From: an uncultured virus (IMG/VR IMGVR_UViG_3300044715_001903)
Lineage: Duplodnaviria > Heunggongvirae > Uroviricota > Caudoviricetes
Strand: one strand, 5' to 3'
Length of the DNA: 64,000 bases
Virus record (IMG/VR): IMGVR_UViG_3300044715_001903
The translations under genes were made by a program, and so were the position numbers. Below the pieces are notes generated by a model. That model was given only the letters and a program-made list of their open reading frames with translations. It was not told where the DNA came from and did no database searches. Shown in pieces: positions 9,483 to 19,387 of the stretch (position 1 is its first letter; each line of letters starts with the position of its first letter).

Positions 9483-9636
9483 AAATGACCTAATTGAGTT
9501 CATAAAAGTTGAGCGCTCCTGGGAAGAAATAACCACCAAATTCAAGGAGTATTCGCTAACTGCAATATCTATTTGTCTCAGGCAATTAGAGGAAGAGAAA
9601 GTAATTAAGGTAAAAGTAAAATACCATGCAAACTAG
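9466..9636 (+). CDS. 56-aa winged-helix-like protein (below ORF track cut-off)
   Basis: GGAG RBS; MKFSFENDLIEFIK...LRQLEEEKVIK; fills the gap between neighbours. Confidence 0.45.
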   Translation: MKFSFENDLIEFIKVERSWEEITTKFKEYSLTAISICLRQLEEEKVIKVKVKYHAN

Positions 9637-9901
9637 CATTCCACCCCTAAAACTAATTCCACAAGAGCTACAAATTCCCCGTCCCCGCTCCACAACAGAA
9701 CCAAAATATTGGTTTGGCGACAGACTCCTAACGACTAGAGGATGGGGAATTTGCAACGGACTTAAAAAATGCAAATCATTAAATGAGTGGCTTTACTACG
9801 TAGATTTGGATAATGCCACACATCCTCAACCATTCTTCACCAAAGAAATAATTCTTCGATGCTTATCCCTGCCCAACCTCACCTTATGTAATCGTCCATG
9901 A
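9626..9901 (+). CDS. Hypothetical protein (PKYWFGD motif)
   Basis: ORF within the operon. Confidence 0.55.
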   Translation: MQTSIPPLKLIPQELQIPRPRSTTEPKYWFGDRLLTTRGWGICNGLKKCKSLNEWLYYVDLDNATHPQPFFTKEIILRCLSLPNLTLCNRP

Positions 9902-10080
9902 GCAAATTTATGATCTCATCATAAATTTGCAAAAAGAAGCCATCAAATATCTTGATGGTGCTAGAAGGCAACAAGCACTATTCTCGTAACCCTAAAGCAA
10001 TTCTGTGGTTCATAATTCAACCTCAAAAATAAAAAAGAATGCCCGTGAAATTCGGGCATAGTAATTACTTCCTTGGATAT

Positions 10081-10449
10081 ATGAATACAACAATTGTACC
10101 GCTCCCAAAGGAATTACAGGATCATGAAAAACAACCTGTTCAACATCAACTGGCACTATTCACAGCTTCAGTAGAGCCAGAAACAGTCAAGACAACAGAC
10201 AGTAACTTTCTAGATAACACAATTGAACACACGACTACTGTCTTGATAAGCCCAGAATCGCAATTCAAAAAAGGGGACAAAATCCAGTACAAACACCCCA
10301 AAGCAAGCGGGTGGGTAGAAGCAGTTTTTGAAAGTTTCTACATACCAGACTTAGCACCCAAGAATTCCCCACATAGCTTTATAGAAATCTTGGTCAAAGG
10401 CAAAGTGGTCAACGCTTACTCTCACCAAATCAGACCAGCATTTCACTAA
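10081..10449 (+). CDS. Hypothetical protein
   Basis: ORF with SH3/KOW-like C-terminal segment (FKKGDKIQY). Confidence 0.55.
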   Translation: MNTTIVPLPKELQDHEKQPVQHQLALFTASVEPETVKTTDSNFLDNTIEHTTTVLISPESQFKKGDKIQYKHPKASGWVEAVFESFYIPDLAPKNSPHSFIEILVKGKVVNAYSHQIRPAFH

Positions 10450-10477
10450 AAAGAGGAAGATTACGAGGAAGATTACA

Positions 10478-11050
10478 ATGCCAAATACAGCACAGGTACT
10501 CCAATTCATAGGAAGAAGAAACGGTTCTGTTAGAGTGCGGGAATTGCAGATATTTCCTTTTCCTTTAATTCAAAGTTTGGAGCGCTCCAAACTTATCAAA
10601 ATACTGAAAGAGGGCGGAGAATGGAGAATACAATCTGTATCGGCATTTGAAAAAAAAGAGGAAATAAATTCAATAATACCCCGACAAGAGAAAGTCGTTG
10701 AAAAACTGCCAAAACCAATAAAAGGGGAGAAGAGAAAAACAGCTAAAGCAAGAATATCTCCTACTAAAATCGAAGAAAAAAAGCCGAAAGTAGACATAAA
10801 AGCACAGGTGTACTCTTTTATTCTAGCATCTGAACATCCGCTATTTTCCAAAGATATTTTGGCATCTAAAATATGTGCCAAGGTCACACTTCACAAGTAC
10901 CTAAATCTTCTTATGGAAGAAGGGTCTGTAATAGCAGACGATAAACAGAAGGATAGACTTTATATTGATAAAGACAGAGCGCATCTACTCATTGAGTACG
11001 GCTTCTTAAAGAATCCAAGAAAATTATTGCACGTCCTTGGGGGTGTGTGA
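10478..11050 (+). CDS. Winged-helix-like hypothetical protein
   Basis: Basic ORF; KVTLHKYLNLLMEEGSV. Confidence 0.6.
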   Translation: MPNTAQVLQFIGRRNGSVRVRELQIFPFPLIQSLERSKLIKILKEGGEWRIQSVSAFEKKEEINSIIPRQEKVVEKLPKPIKGEKRKTAKARISPTKIEEKKPKVDIKAQVYSFILASEHPLFSKDILASKICAKVTLHKYLNLLMEEGSVIADDKQKDRLYIDKDRAHLLIEYGFLKNPRKLLHVLGGV

Positions 11051-11328
11051 TGGGGGAAACAATCAGAGTTGAACACTCCAAAGATTACACCATTATCTCA
11101 AATCTAGCCATTAGAGATGTTCGCTTGAGTCTTAGAGCAAGAGGTTTGCATCACCTACTTTTGAGCTATCCAAACGGCTGGAAAATAAATATCGACCATC
11201 TAACCGGTGAGTCGAAAATAGAGGGTAAAGATGCGATCGCCAAGTCGCCTAATTTTTTTATCTCAATTAATCGAAATTTCAATAACATTATGGATTTTGT
11301 GATAAGAGGTGCAAGATGGGTGTTTTAA
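11047..11328 (+). pseudogene. Truncated N-terminal HTH of a phage replication protein
   Basis: YTIISN..IRD.RLSLRARGL..LLLS.P.GW motif; similarity ends at HIP1 11233-11240. Confidence 0.6.
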
Positions 11329-11921
11329 AAGTTATCCAAAGCACAAAAGTGGTGTGCATTAACAGCAAGGTTTTTGAGTTAAATATCACACCAAATGCGT
11401 TCAGGCTTTATTGTCAGGTGTTATATGAAGCAGAAAAGCGTCAGGAAGATGAGGTCTATGAGATTGATTTTTTAGGCTGTGGGATAGACGATGATGGCGT
11501 AAAAATAGCGTATCAGGAATTATTCAATCTAGGACTTCTTGAATGTCTTGAGGGTATTGTCACGGTTGTTGATTTGTCGCCAACAAAACTAGATTCTCCT
11601 TTTGTAGTTCAAAAAAAAGTAGAACCTCCACAAGAAGAATTTGTTTATGTAATTCACGCCGTGGATTTGAATCTTTACAAGATAGGATGCACTAACAATG
11701 TAGCCAGAAGATACAAGGAGCTTAGACATCAGCAAATACCGTCAGATCTAGGATTAGTTGCAAGCTACAAAATAGAAAATGCGGCAAAAGTTGAAAATTA
11801 TTTACATAATTTCTTTGCAGAAAAAGAAGCTCACAGTGAATGGTTTCGACTAAATCGTAATGATTTATCCCTTATTGATTCAAAACTGAAATCAATGGGG
11901 GGCATCCGTGAACCAAATTAA
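11316..11921 (+). CDS. GIY-YIG (T5orf172-like) domain protein with N-terminal HTH
   Basis: FVYVI...YKIGCTNNVARR..EL...VENYLHNFF...SEWF. Confidence 0.8.
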   Translation: MGVLKVIQSTKVVCINSKVFELNITPNAFRLYCQVLYEAEKRQEDEVYEIDFLGCGIDDDGVKIAYQELFNLGLLECLEGIVTVVDLSPTKLDSPFVVQKKVEPPQEEFVYVIHAVDLNLYKIGCTNNVARRYKELRHQQIPSDLGLVASYKIENAAKVENYLHNFFAEKEAHSEWFRLNRNDLSLIDSKLKSMGGIREPN

Positions 11922-12993
11922 GGATCGCAGAGACTTTGCAATTGTCGTTCCCTCATATCTTGATGATTACGGATTAAGCCCTTACGAGTACAGGCTTTAC
12001 TCTCACATAGTCAGACGCGCCGGGAAAAACGGGTGTTTTGAATCTATTGGGAATATTGCCAAACATTGCTTGATGAACGAAAAGACGGTCAGGCAGTCAC
12101 TAAAGGTTTTACTGGGCGCGGGGATGATTGCAGTAGTTGAATCTAAAAAAGGTAAATCGGTAGTTTATGAAGTAACCCCGCATGAGGACTGGGTGACACC
12201 AGAAGAATTGCCAAACATACGGAATAAGCGCACCCCTACCAAATCAGGTACTACTACCCCTACCAAATCAGGTACTACTACCCCTACCAAATCAGGTACT
12301 ACTACCCCTGCCAAATCAGGTACTACTACCCCTACCAAATCAGGTACTACACCCCTACCAAATTTGGCAGACGAAGTATTTCCCTCTAAGGAAATCCCTT
12401 TCAAGGAAATCCCATTAAGTGAGAGAGAAGAACCCCCTACCCCCGAAGTTGAGGTTTTAACTCCAAAACCAATAAACCCAGAAATCCAAGGAAGTGCCTT
12501 AGACCAAATCGGTTTCCCTGACCAATCAAAACCAGAATCTTTGCAACAAACCGAAAATCTTCCGTTAGGACAAAATTCCCCCGCGCCGCTTGCAAAAGCT
12601 GAAACAACAGCAGATAGAGTTAGACGCACTTGGCAAGAAACCGGAATGTTGCCCAGTATCCCGATGGAATTAGAGGCATGGGTACAAATAGACCTTGGGA
12701 GTGAGATCGTGGCTTCCTACCGCAAATCTGGCAGGGTTATGACGATAAAGCAAGGGGATATCCAACCCACTTTTGCTTCTTACGTGGCCAGCCAGTGGAA
12801 AGGGAAGGACATTGACTATGGCTACAGCTACATCAGAAGCCTAGAAAAAGACCCGACTAAGTGGGAGACGTTGGCTGCCTTGGTAATCAAATGGCAAGCG
12901 TCTAAGTCAACCAATAATCACAACCTCAACATTACCCAAGAGGTTGAAAGAGCATCAAAACCAGTAGTTGATTTTGAAGGAATAAGACTATGA
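11908..12993 (+). CDS. Replication initiator (HTH N-terminus, internal iteron-like repeats)
   Basis: LDDYGLSPYEYRLYSHI...IAKHCLMNEKTVRQSLKVL; internal 24-bp repeats as in lambda O-type genes. Confidence 0.75.
   Translation: MNQIKDRRDFAIVVPSYLDDYGLSPYEYRLYSHIVRRAGKNGCFESIGNIAKHCLMNEKTVRQSLKVLLGAGMIAVVESKKGKSVVYEVTPHEDWVTPEELPNIRNKRTPTKSGTTTPTKSGTTTPTKSGTTTPAKSGTTTPTKSGTTPLPNLADEVFPSKEIPFKEIPLSEREEPPTPEVEVLTPKPINPEIQGSALDQIGFPDQSKPESLQQTENLPLGQNSPAPLAKAETTADRVRRTWQETGMLPSIPMELEAWVQIDLGSEIVASYRKSGRVMTIKQGDIQPTFASYVASQWKGKDIDYGYSYIRSLEKDPTKWETLAALVIKWQASKSTNNHNLNITQEVERASKPVVDFEGIRL
12232..12369 (+). repeat. 24-bp tandem repeat x5 plus a partial copy; candidate origin iterons
   Basis: ACCCCTACCAAATCAGGTACTACT units. 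Confidence 0.9.
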
Positions 12994-13553
12994 GCGAACA
13001 GAGCGAACAGTACAAGCGAGCGATCGCCGAACTAGAGACTTTCTATGGTGGCAACGTTCTCAATGGGGGAATACTCGAAGCTACTTGGATGAGTGAAATG
13101 CAAAAACTATCCATTCAACAACTTCAAGTAGCGATCGCCCGCTGCTTCAAAAAGCATCCTAGAAAATATAACTATTTCCCATCACCAGATGAAATTTTGG
13201 AATTGGGTAGAGGTTCGCTACCTGCTGAAAATTCAGAAATCTATGAAGTTCGCTCAATCAATGATCATCTTCAACTACCTCCTGAAGATGAACAAGAAGC
13301 TTACAAAGATGTGTTGATAGAGCGGCTTTACCTATGTTTAAAACTCAAGAAAAGAGTAGGTAAAACTGAATTAGAAAAACAGGATTTTTATGAAAAGTTT
13401 GAGTCATATTCCATTGAGGAATTATCAAACTTGTTGGAAATTGAGCGTCCATGCAGAAATTCTACACACATAACACCTGAACACGCCGCAACTCCAGAAG
13501 CACAAGAATACGCCCGTAAACTCCATCAATTGATTACAGGAAAAACTTTATGA
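12990..13553 (+). CDS. Replication accessory protein (helicase loader/inhibitor-like)
   Basis: Directly follows the initiator; W...L...AI..C.K.....FPSP.EI motif. Confidence 0.55.
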   Translation: MSEQSEQYKRAIAELETFYGGNVLNGGILEATWMSEMQKLSIQQLQVAIARCFKKHPRKYNYFPSPDEILELGRGSLPAENSEIYEVRSINDHLQLPPEDEQEAYKDVLIERLYLCLKLKKRVGKTELEKQDFYEKFESYSIEELSNLLEIERPCRNSTHITPEHAATPEAQEYARKLHQLITGKTL

Positions 13554-13632
13554 TGGTGATTACCAAAGAGAAGAAGGATTTCCAGAACGTTTATTTAATC
13601 CAACTCACACTTTTTAAATAGGAGAAAATTCA

Positions 13633-13842
13633 ATGACCGAATTATTTGAGCAATATTCAATCATTCACTTTAACCTCACCGAATCAGAGGTAGTTATGCA
13701 AATGGTTTTTCCTTATGGTGAATCATCAGTGGTATTAATTTCTTCTGATTTTTTCGCATTCTCTAGTGATAAAGAAGGGGCGATTAAAGCATTAGAAACA
13801 GCGATCGCACAAAACCAATTACTACCAAATCAAGAGGGATAA
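13633..13842 (+). CDS. Hypothetical protein
   Basis: AGGAG RBS. Confidence 0.55.
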   Translation: MTELFEQYSIIHFNLTESEVVMQMVFPYGESSVVLISSDFFAFSSDKEGAIKALETAIAQNQLLPNQEG

Positions 13843-13843
13843 C

Positions 13844-14596
13844 ATGAACGCAGAACAACTCAAGATCATTGCAGAAAATTCACCCCGTAAAGCCGCGGCA
13901 ATTCTAGGTGTTCACATCAGAAAGGTTCGATATCACAAGCAAAGAATGGAGGGGAAGAGTGTAAAACAGCCAAAAGAACCCAAAACAAACTACAAGAAAT
14001 GGGATCAAGAAGAGGACAATTATTTATTAACTTTCGGGAATGGCTCAACTTATCCAGAGTTGCAGGAAGCGCTTAAAGCGTCTCGGACCCAAATAGACCA
14101 TAGGTGCAAAATTCTTGGCGTTTCTCCAAAGAAACTAAAACATCACAAAACCCTCGCAGAAGAGGAAAAAGAGGTTTGTTTACAAGGGTATCCTCATCAA
14201 GTAGCGGAAAAGCTGGGAGTTTCCATCTCAACTGCTAGACGACGTAGAAGAGAGCTACTGAAAATGGATTATCGGCATTTTGACGCACGGACTTCAGTGC
14301 CATTACCGCCATCTACACCAACTAAATCGCTGATAAATTTTGTTAGTTTGAATGATGCTGAACAACCTAAAGAGCAAATCGAGGAAAGATTACACCATGT
14401 TTTGAAGGAAGAAAAAAACAAGATTGGGATTAATGAAATTTTGTCACAATTTCAAATGACCACCGGACAAATTCACCAGATGAAACTTATTTATTCCTAC
14501 AGCCCTAAATCGGCTGTGAGATATTGCGAAGTAATCAGAGAATATGCAAAGAACAAAACCGCATATTCGCCAGCAAGAATTAGGAATGACAGATGA
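13844..14596 (+). CDS. Multi-HTH DNA-binding protein
   Basis: KAAAILGV, WDQEEDNYL, QVAEKLGVSISTARRR. Confidence 0.65.
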   Translation: MNAEQLKIIAENSPRKAAAILGVHIRKVRYHKQRMEGKSVKQPKEPKTNYKKWDQEEDNYLLTFGNGSTYPELQEALKASRTQIDHRCKILGVSPKKLKHHKTLAEEEKEVCLQGYPHQVAEKLGVSISTARRRRRELLKMDYRHFDARTSVPLPPSTPTKSLINFVSLNDAEQPKEQIEERLHHVLKEEKNKIGINEILSQFQMTTGQIHQMKLIYSYSPKSAVRYCEVIREYAKNKTAYSPARIRNDR

Positions 14597-15273
14597 ACCA
14601 ATTAACTTTAGATTTTTCCGTACCAGAATCCACAAAACCAACTATGAAGCGCCATGATTTTGATAGGTACGACAGCCCTCACTGGTTCATCACTCATTTA
14701 CCCAATTACATCAAGCTAGAGGGCATAGTTGGCGAACCATGCAAAGGCAGTGGGAATATATCTAAATTGCTTGGATTTATTAAGCACGTAAATCATGTAT
14801 GGACTAACGATATAGATCCTAGTGTTGTTTCTGATTATCATCTTGATGCGGCTGATCCAAAATCATGGGAACAACTACCATATACGGATTGGATTGTCAC
14901 TAATCCGCCATTCAATGCAGCATTACCAATTCTCAAAAACAGCCTAAATCATGCGCGGTTGGGCGTGGTTTTCTTCCTGAGATTATCCTTTGTCGAACCA
15001 ACAGAAGAACGCGGACAATGGCTATTTGAGAACCCCCGTAACTTGGATTTAATTTACCCAAGATTTAAGTTTAGAAAGGATAAGAACAACGAACGGTGGC
15101 AGACGGATTCAGTGCCAATAATTGCTATGATTTGGCATAAAGATACGAGCGAAACAAGAGGATCTATCACTATCCCTCAATCGCATATCTTGGGGTTTCA
15201 TAATAACCCTGAGAACGCGCCAAGTTTTGATAGGCAAGTGGAGATTTTGCAACAAGTTCAAGCAAATAATTAG
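14593..15273 (+). CDS. Phage DNA methyltransferase-like protein (amino-methyltransferase)
   Basis: DRYDSP, EPCKGSG, IVTNPPF motifs. Confidence 0.75.
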   Translation: MNQLTLDFSVPESTKPTMKRHDFDRYDSPHWFITHLPNYIKLEGIVGEPCKGSGNISKLLGFIKHVNHVWTNDIDPSVVSDYHLDAADPKSWEQLPYTDWIVTNPPFNAALPILKNSLNHARLGVVFFLRLSFVEPTEERGQWLFENPRNLDLIYPRFKFRKDKNNERWQTDSVPIIAMIWHKDTSETRGSITIPQSHILGFHNNPENAPSFDRQVEILQQVQANN

Positions 15274-15286
15274 GAGAAAAATAATC

Positions 15287-15733
15287 ATGGATACATTACT
15301 AATTTCATTGCACCCGCGTCACAGTCAAAATATTGTATTAGGCAAGAAAACAATTGAGTTGAGGAAAACAAAACCAAGAATGAGAAAATCAGAAAGTCGT
15401 TTAGTCCAGAAGAAATCATTAGCATTTCGGAATATTCTCATTTACGAAACTACTCCTACTTCGGAAATTAAATTATATTGTCAGGCATGGGATTGTGGCG
15501 CATTATTAGCATCCGAATGGACTAAACACTCAACTGATTTATGCCTTTCTGCTGAAGAAATTGAGAATTATTTAGGATCTCGCATGGGTTACGGAATTAG
15601 AATTAGAAACCCTCGACAAATTACGCCTATCCCACTATCAAAAATGCGTGAGTTGGGTATAGCTCCACCACAAGGTTTCTGTTATTTAAATAATGAAATG
15701 ATTGAAAGATTAGGGATTAAATTTAATGATTGA
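15287..15733 (+). CDS. ASCH/PUA-domain protein
   Basis: LISLHP......I..GKKTIELRK...IYET.P...PPQGFCY. Confidence 0.8.
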   Translation: MDTLLISLHPRHSQNIVLGKKTIELRKTKPRMRKSESRLVQKKSLAFRNILIYETTPTSEIKLYCQAWDCGALLASEWTKHSTDLCLSAEEIENYLGSRMGYGIRIRNPRQITPIPLSKMRELGIAPPQGFCYLNNEMIERLGIKFND

Positions 15734-15832
15734 TGACTTAATCCCCTGGAATCCCGCCCATTTCGGACATACAGACTTTCAAAAAGAAGCCGATGGTAAC
15801 AGGGGCTTTTTATTGGCAAATATAAAAATAAA

Positions 15833-16510
15833 ATGCCAATTATCAGTAATCTTCTATCACTCAACCCCGACTCACCCATAGAACTGTTTGAAGTCAGCGG
15901 TTATAACCTAGCTACACCATCAGAAACTCTTTACATCTGCAACTATACCGGGGTGTCCTTTGAGGGTCAAGAATATGCCGCTATTGGTTTTGAGTCTGAA
16001 GGCTTTGATTTAGTTGGACAAGGTCCAATTCCCACGCCGCAACTCATAGTTTCAAATATTGGGCGTGTCGTCTCTACTTGGCTGGCTGAGTGCAAAACTA
16101 ACCCGAACTACCGACTAGAAGGAACAACAGTAAAACGGCGAATTACCCAACGGCAATTCTTAGATGGTGGTGAGAATGAAAATGCGGCGATCAAAGAACT
16201 TCCCCAGCAAATATTTGTAATTGAACAGATGGTCAGCGAAACCTATATTGCTGTTCAGTTCCGACTCGGATCGTCATTCGATGTCGAGGGTGTGACTTTG
16301 CCAGCCCGTCCGTTACTGCGGTCATGCTCATGGCGATATCGTTCCGCTGAGTGTGGATACTTGGGCGGTGGCTACACCCTCAACAATGCTCCTACCTCCA
16401 ACGCTGCGTTAGACCAGTGTGCCAAAACATTGACAGCCTGTAAGGTGCGGTTTGGGGCTGCGGTGGATCTGCCGTTTGGTGGTGCACCGGGGTTAAATAC
16501 TTATAGCTAA
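15833..16510 (+). CDS. Minor tail protein L (lambda gpL-like)
   Basis: C-terminal Cys cluster CSWRYRSAECGY...DQCAKTLTACKVRFG...PFGGAPG. Confidence 0.92.
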   Translation: MPIISNLLSLNPDSPIELFEVSGYNLATPSETLYICNYTGVSFEGQEYAAIGFESEGFDLVGQGPIPTPQLIVSNIGRVVSTWLAECKTNPNYRLEGTTVKRRITQRQFLDGGENENAAIKELPQQIFVIEQMVSETYIAVQFRLGSSFDVEGVTLPARPLLRSCSWRYRSAECGYLGGGYTLNNAPTSNAALDQCAKTLTACKVRFGAAVDLPFGGAPGLNTYS

Positions 16511-16568
16511 TACTTATGTTGATATTGACGGTTTCCAGCCTGTGTGTTTTTGCGGACACAGAACAAGA

Positions 16569-16982
16569 TCAAACATAATTATTCAAAATTTCTAATTCAC
16601 TTAACCGGAAGGTGGCCACAAGATTATCAGTTTCACTAAACGGCGATATTGACTCCCTACGACGGGGGAAATATTGCCGCATTTTGTCTATGGCACTATT
16701 GAATTTAGAATATTCTGCGAGGGTTCTATCTCCTATTGTTTTAACAGAAACCACCCACTCATACCGCTGTTCTTGCTGACTATTCAGCATTAGCGACGAC
16801 GACGAAACATTTTTAAATCTACCAATACTTACTTCCAGTCCACCTGTAACCGCGCCTTTTGGGGCTGATGGTGGTTCTACCCAAACAGCAGGTTGTCCGT
16901 TACCAAAAGTACCAAGTTCCTGCGCTAGTAAATCAACAATTGCGGCTCTAAGCTCTGGTACAGTGTGGATGTTTTTAATCAT
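16569..16982 (-). CDS. Putative tail terminator/completion protein
   Basis: Size, predicted fold pattern, coupling to the neighbouring neck-like gene. Confidence 0.45.
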   Translation of the reverse strand: MIKNIHTVPELRAAIVDLLAQELGTFGNGQPAVWVEPPSAPKGAVTGGLEVSIGRFKNVSSSSLMLNSQQEQRYEWVVSVKTIGDRTLAEYSKFNSAIDKMRQYFPRRRESISPFSETDNLVATFRLSELEILNNYV

Positions 16983-17263
16983 GATAATTTCATGGATTGC
17001 GACGCTTTCAATGTTCCACTACTAACAGGAACTTCATCTAAAAACCGTTGATTCAAATAATGTGCGGTTTGGATAAATGCCATATCTAAAGTAGTTTGGT
17101 AGTTACTTTTAAAAACTGCGGGTAAATTACTACCAGCTAACGCCCGATCAGTCCATCGGTTTCCTTGTCTCTCATGCAAGTCATAGGCGTAGGGTGCTGA
17201 CCATTGCCAATCGGCAATGGTTACGGTTAATCGTGGTGGTGTCCAGCTTCTCCAGATTGGCAT
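16979..17263 (-). CDS. Putative neck/tail completion protein (HK97 gp10-like motifs)
   Basis: APYAYDLHE and PVSSGTLKAS motifs; start placed at MPIWR. Confidence 0.5.
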   Translation of the reverse strand: MPIWRSWTPPRLTVTIADWQWSAPYAYDLHERQGNRWTDRALAGSNLPAVFKSNYQTTLDMAFIQTAHYLNQRFLDEVPVSSGTLKASQSMKLS

Positions 17264-17367
17264 TTTATTTTTATTTTTCCCATATCCCTCGACAATAAGC
17301 ATATAACCCTCTATTTTGAGGGTTTTTAGTCATCAAAAAAATATTTTAAAAATTTTTCCAAAACCCC

Positions 17368-17396
17368 TTGACAAATATTTGTTATCCTGTTACTAT
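17368..17396 (+). promoter_or_regulatory. Repeated sigma70 promoter, copy 1
   Basis: TTGACA-17-TACTAT with palindrome ACAAATATTTGT; AGGAG RBS downstream. Confidence 0.9.
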
Positions 17397-17432
17397 ATAA
17401 GAGTGAGAGAAAAAACAACAGGAGAAAGAACA

Positions 17433-17855
17433 ATGCTTGAATTAACAAATCAGAATCAGAGAATTATAGCTGGTTGCCTTGGAAATGGGGTCACTTTTGG
17501 GGATGTGCTTAATGATCAAACTGTGGCTCATGTTTCCTTTGAGGGGCAAATAACATGGCATTCTGATTACAAAAAAAAGATCGCAGAAGCTACTAAAAAA
17601 CACATTCAAGAAACATCACTAGAATATCAAAAACAAGCCATGATCCCTCTTGATGCCATTATCAGCCCTAGAGATCACAAGTTTATGGCCACTTACCTAT
17701 ATAAAAATTCTCAAGGTCAATACAAACATTTAGCAGATATCTACTACCCCAAAGGCAAGGACAAAGGGGGAGTTTATCTCAAAGTGTGGGAAGGCATTGT
17801 GCCACCTGAAATACTGGAAGAAATGAACCAGCTTTATAAATCCAATGGAGGATAA
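17433..17855 (+). CDS. Early cassette protein 1 (unknown)
   Basis: ATG after the promoter and RBS; terminator hairpin follows. Confidence 0.8.
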   Translation: MLELTNQNQRIIAGCLGNGVTFGDVLNDQTVAHVSFEGQITWHSDYKKKIAEATKKHIQETSLEYQKQAMIPLDAIISPRDHKFMATYLYKNSQGQYKHLADIYYPKGKDKGGVYLKVWEGIVPPEILEEMNQLYKSNGG

Positions 17856-18011
17856 AACCCAGCCCCCAAAAGGGGCATTTTATATCACGATAAAACCCTC
17901 AACTTTGAGGGTTTTTTATTGTTTAAAATTCGTGGCAGTCTGAGAAATTTTACTAACTTAATTCACGGTAAACTGTCACTTTTTAACTTTAAAAAAACTT
18001 TCCAAAACCCC

Positions 18012-18040
18012 TTGACAAATATTTGTTATCCTGTTACTAT
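18012..18040 (+). promoter_or_regulatory. Repeated sigma70 promoter, copy 2
   Basis: Same TTGACA-17-TACTAT block. Confidence 0.9.
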
Positions 18041-18073
18041 ATAAGAGTGAGAGTTCAATAAAAGGTAAAAACA

Positions 18074-18370
18074 ATGATTGATGTCTACTACAGTTGTCTT
18101 CTGGATGAAGAAAACTGCCCAGAAATCACTACAGCATCAAGAAAAAGGGCTTTAGAATTAGCTCAACAAAAAACTAGTAACCCTGTATCAGTAGCAGAAT
18201 TTGAAAAGGGGGAATATCTGTTATTTTATGAGAAAATTTCAGTTGATGAGACATTGCCTGAGAACAGGGGATATACTATAGAAGCCATTATCAATGACTT
18301 AACTCCTCAATGTAGTGATGCAGAATATTCCTCTCATAGAAAAGTTAAAGTTACCTCCCAAGAGTGCTAA
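18074..18370 (+). CDS. Early cassette protein 2 (small, acidic)
   Basis: Promoter-RBS-ORF-terminator unit. Confidence 0.8.
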   Translation: MIDVYYSCLLDEENCPEITTASRKRALELAQQKTSNPVSVAEFEKGEYLLFYEKISVDETLPENRGYTIEAIINDLTPQCSDAEYSSHRKVKVTSQEC

Positions 18371-18396
18371 GACTGAAATATTTGTCCTATTCTTAG

Positions 18397-18426
18397 TAAC
18401 CCAGTGCATAAAACACTGGGTTTTTT
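18397..18426 (+). terminator. Intrinsic terminator
   Basis: AACCCAGTG...CACTGGGTT followed by a T-run. Confidence 0.8.
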
Positions 18427-18476
18427 CATGTTGCCTAAGTCATCAAAAAATATTTTAAAAATTTTTCCAAAACCCC

Positions 18477-18505
18477 TTGACAAATATTTGTTATCCTGAT
18501 ACTAT
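18477..18505 (+). promoter_or_regulatory. Repeated sigma70 promoter, copy 3
   Basis: Same block. Confidence 0.9.
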
Positions 18506-18542
18506 ATAAGAGTGAGAGAAAAAAACAACAGGAGACAAAATA

Positions 18543-18806
18543 ATGTTTGTTACATTTGAAACCATAGAATCTAAACAAATCACAATTGACATCACTGGAG
18601 TAAGTGGCTGGGATAATGAGCAATTAACAAGATATGCCTGTGAACAATTGAATACAGACTACACAGATTATCAAGATAGAAGAAGTAGAAAACTGAAAAA
18701 AGGGGCAGTAGTAACTCCAATAAATTGGAGGCCTCTAAAAGTCTCTTGCAGACAAAAAATGCTTACCATAAAAAGACCACCTAGGAAATATTCAGTAGTT
18801 TTCTAA
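18543..18806 (+). CDS. Early cassette protein 3
   Basis: Promoter-RBS-ORF-terminator unit. Confidence 0.8.
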   Translation: MFVTFETIESKQITIDITGVSGWDNEQLTRYACEQLNTDYTDYQDRRSRKLKKGAVVTPINWRPLKVSCRQKMLTIKRPPRKYSVVF

Positions 18807-18823
18807 ACATAAAACCTAAGCAT

Positions 18824-18860
18824 AATACCCTGGATTAGTGATAGTCCAGGGTATTTTTTT
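18824..18860 (+). terminator. Intrinsic terminator
   Basis: AATACCCTGGA...TCCAGGGTATT followed by a T-run. Confidence 0.8.
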
Positions 18861-18898
18861 AGTCAAAAAAATATTTTAAAAAAACTTTCCAAAACCCC

Positions 18899-18927
18899 TT
18901 GACAAATATTTGTTAGTAGGTTACTAT
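18899..18927 (+). promoter_or_regulatory. Repeated sigma70 promoter, copy 4
   Basis: Same block. Confidence 0.9.
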
Positions 18928-18962
18928 ATAAGAGTGAGAGAAAAAACAACAGGAGACAAAAA

Positions 18963-19241
18963 ATGAAATTATCTACATTAGCATTAGACAACATCAAGAC
19001 TACAGCAAATATACTGGGGATGATCAAAAATGGTGTTTTACAGTTCCCTAGTGGAACTGTAATCAAATTAGCTTTTATGCTATCTGCCAGTATGCTATCT
19101 AGCAGATGCAAAATAGAAGAAGACCTATTGCCAGAAATATATAGGTGTGTAGAGACTTATAGTTATAAGGTGGTATCCCCACCTGAATCTACTGTCAAAG
19201 ATGATGAGATCATCATTTCTATATCTATAGAAATACCCTAA
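18963..19241 (+). CDS. Early cassette protein 4
   Basis: Promoter-RBS-ORF-terminator unit. Confidence 0.8.
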   Translation: MKLSTLALDNIKTTANILGMIKNGVLQFPSGTVIKLAFMLSASMLSSRCKIEEDLLPEIYRCVETYSYKVVSPPESTVKDDEIIISISIEIP

Positions 19242-19326
19242 TTAGTAACCCAGTGTCCTTATGCACTGGGTTATTTCATGTTGCCTAAGTCATCAAAAAA
19301 TATTTTAAAAATTTTTCCAAAACCCC

Positions 19327-19355
19327 TTGACAAATATTTGTTATCCTGATACTAT
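19327..19355 (+). promoter_or_regulatory. Repeated sigma70 promoter, copy 5
   Basis: Same block. Confidence 0.9.
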
Positions 19356-19387
19356 ATAAGAGTGAGAGAAAAAACAGGAAACAAAAA

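Noticed and set aside
12165..12629. Antisense ORF with VVPDL repeats
   Set aside because: Shadow of the 24-bp repeat in the initiator gene.
17316..17432. N-terminal extension of ORF 17316..17855, and antisense ORFs 18435..18623 and 18863..19111
   Set aside because: They run through the promoter repeat; the real starts follow the AGGAG RBS.
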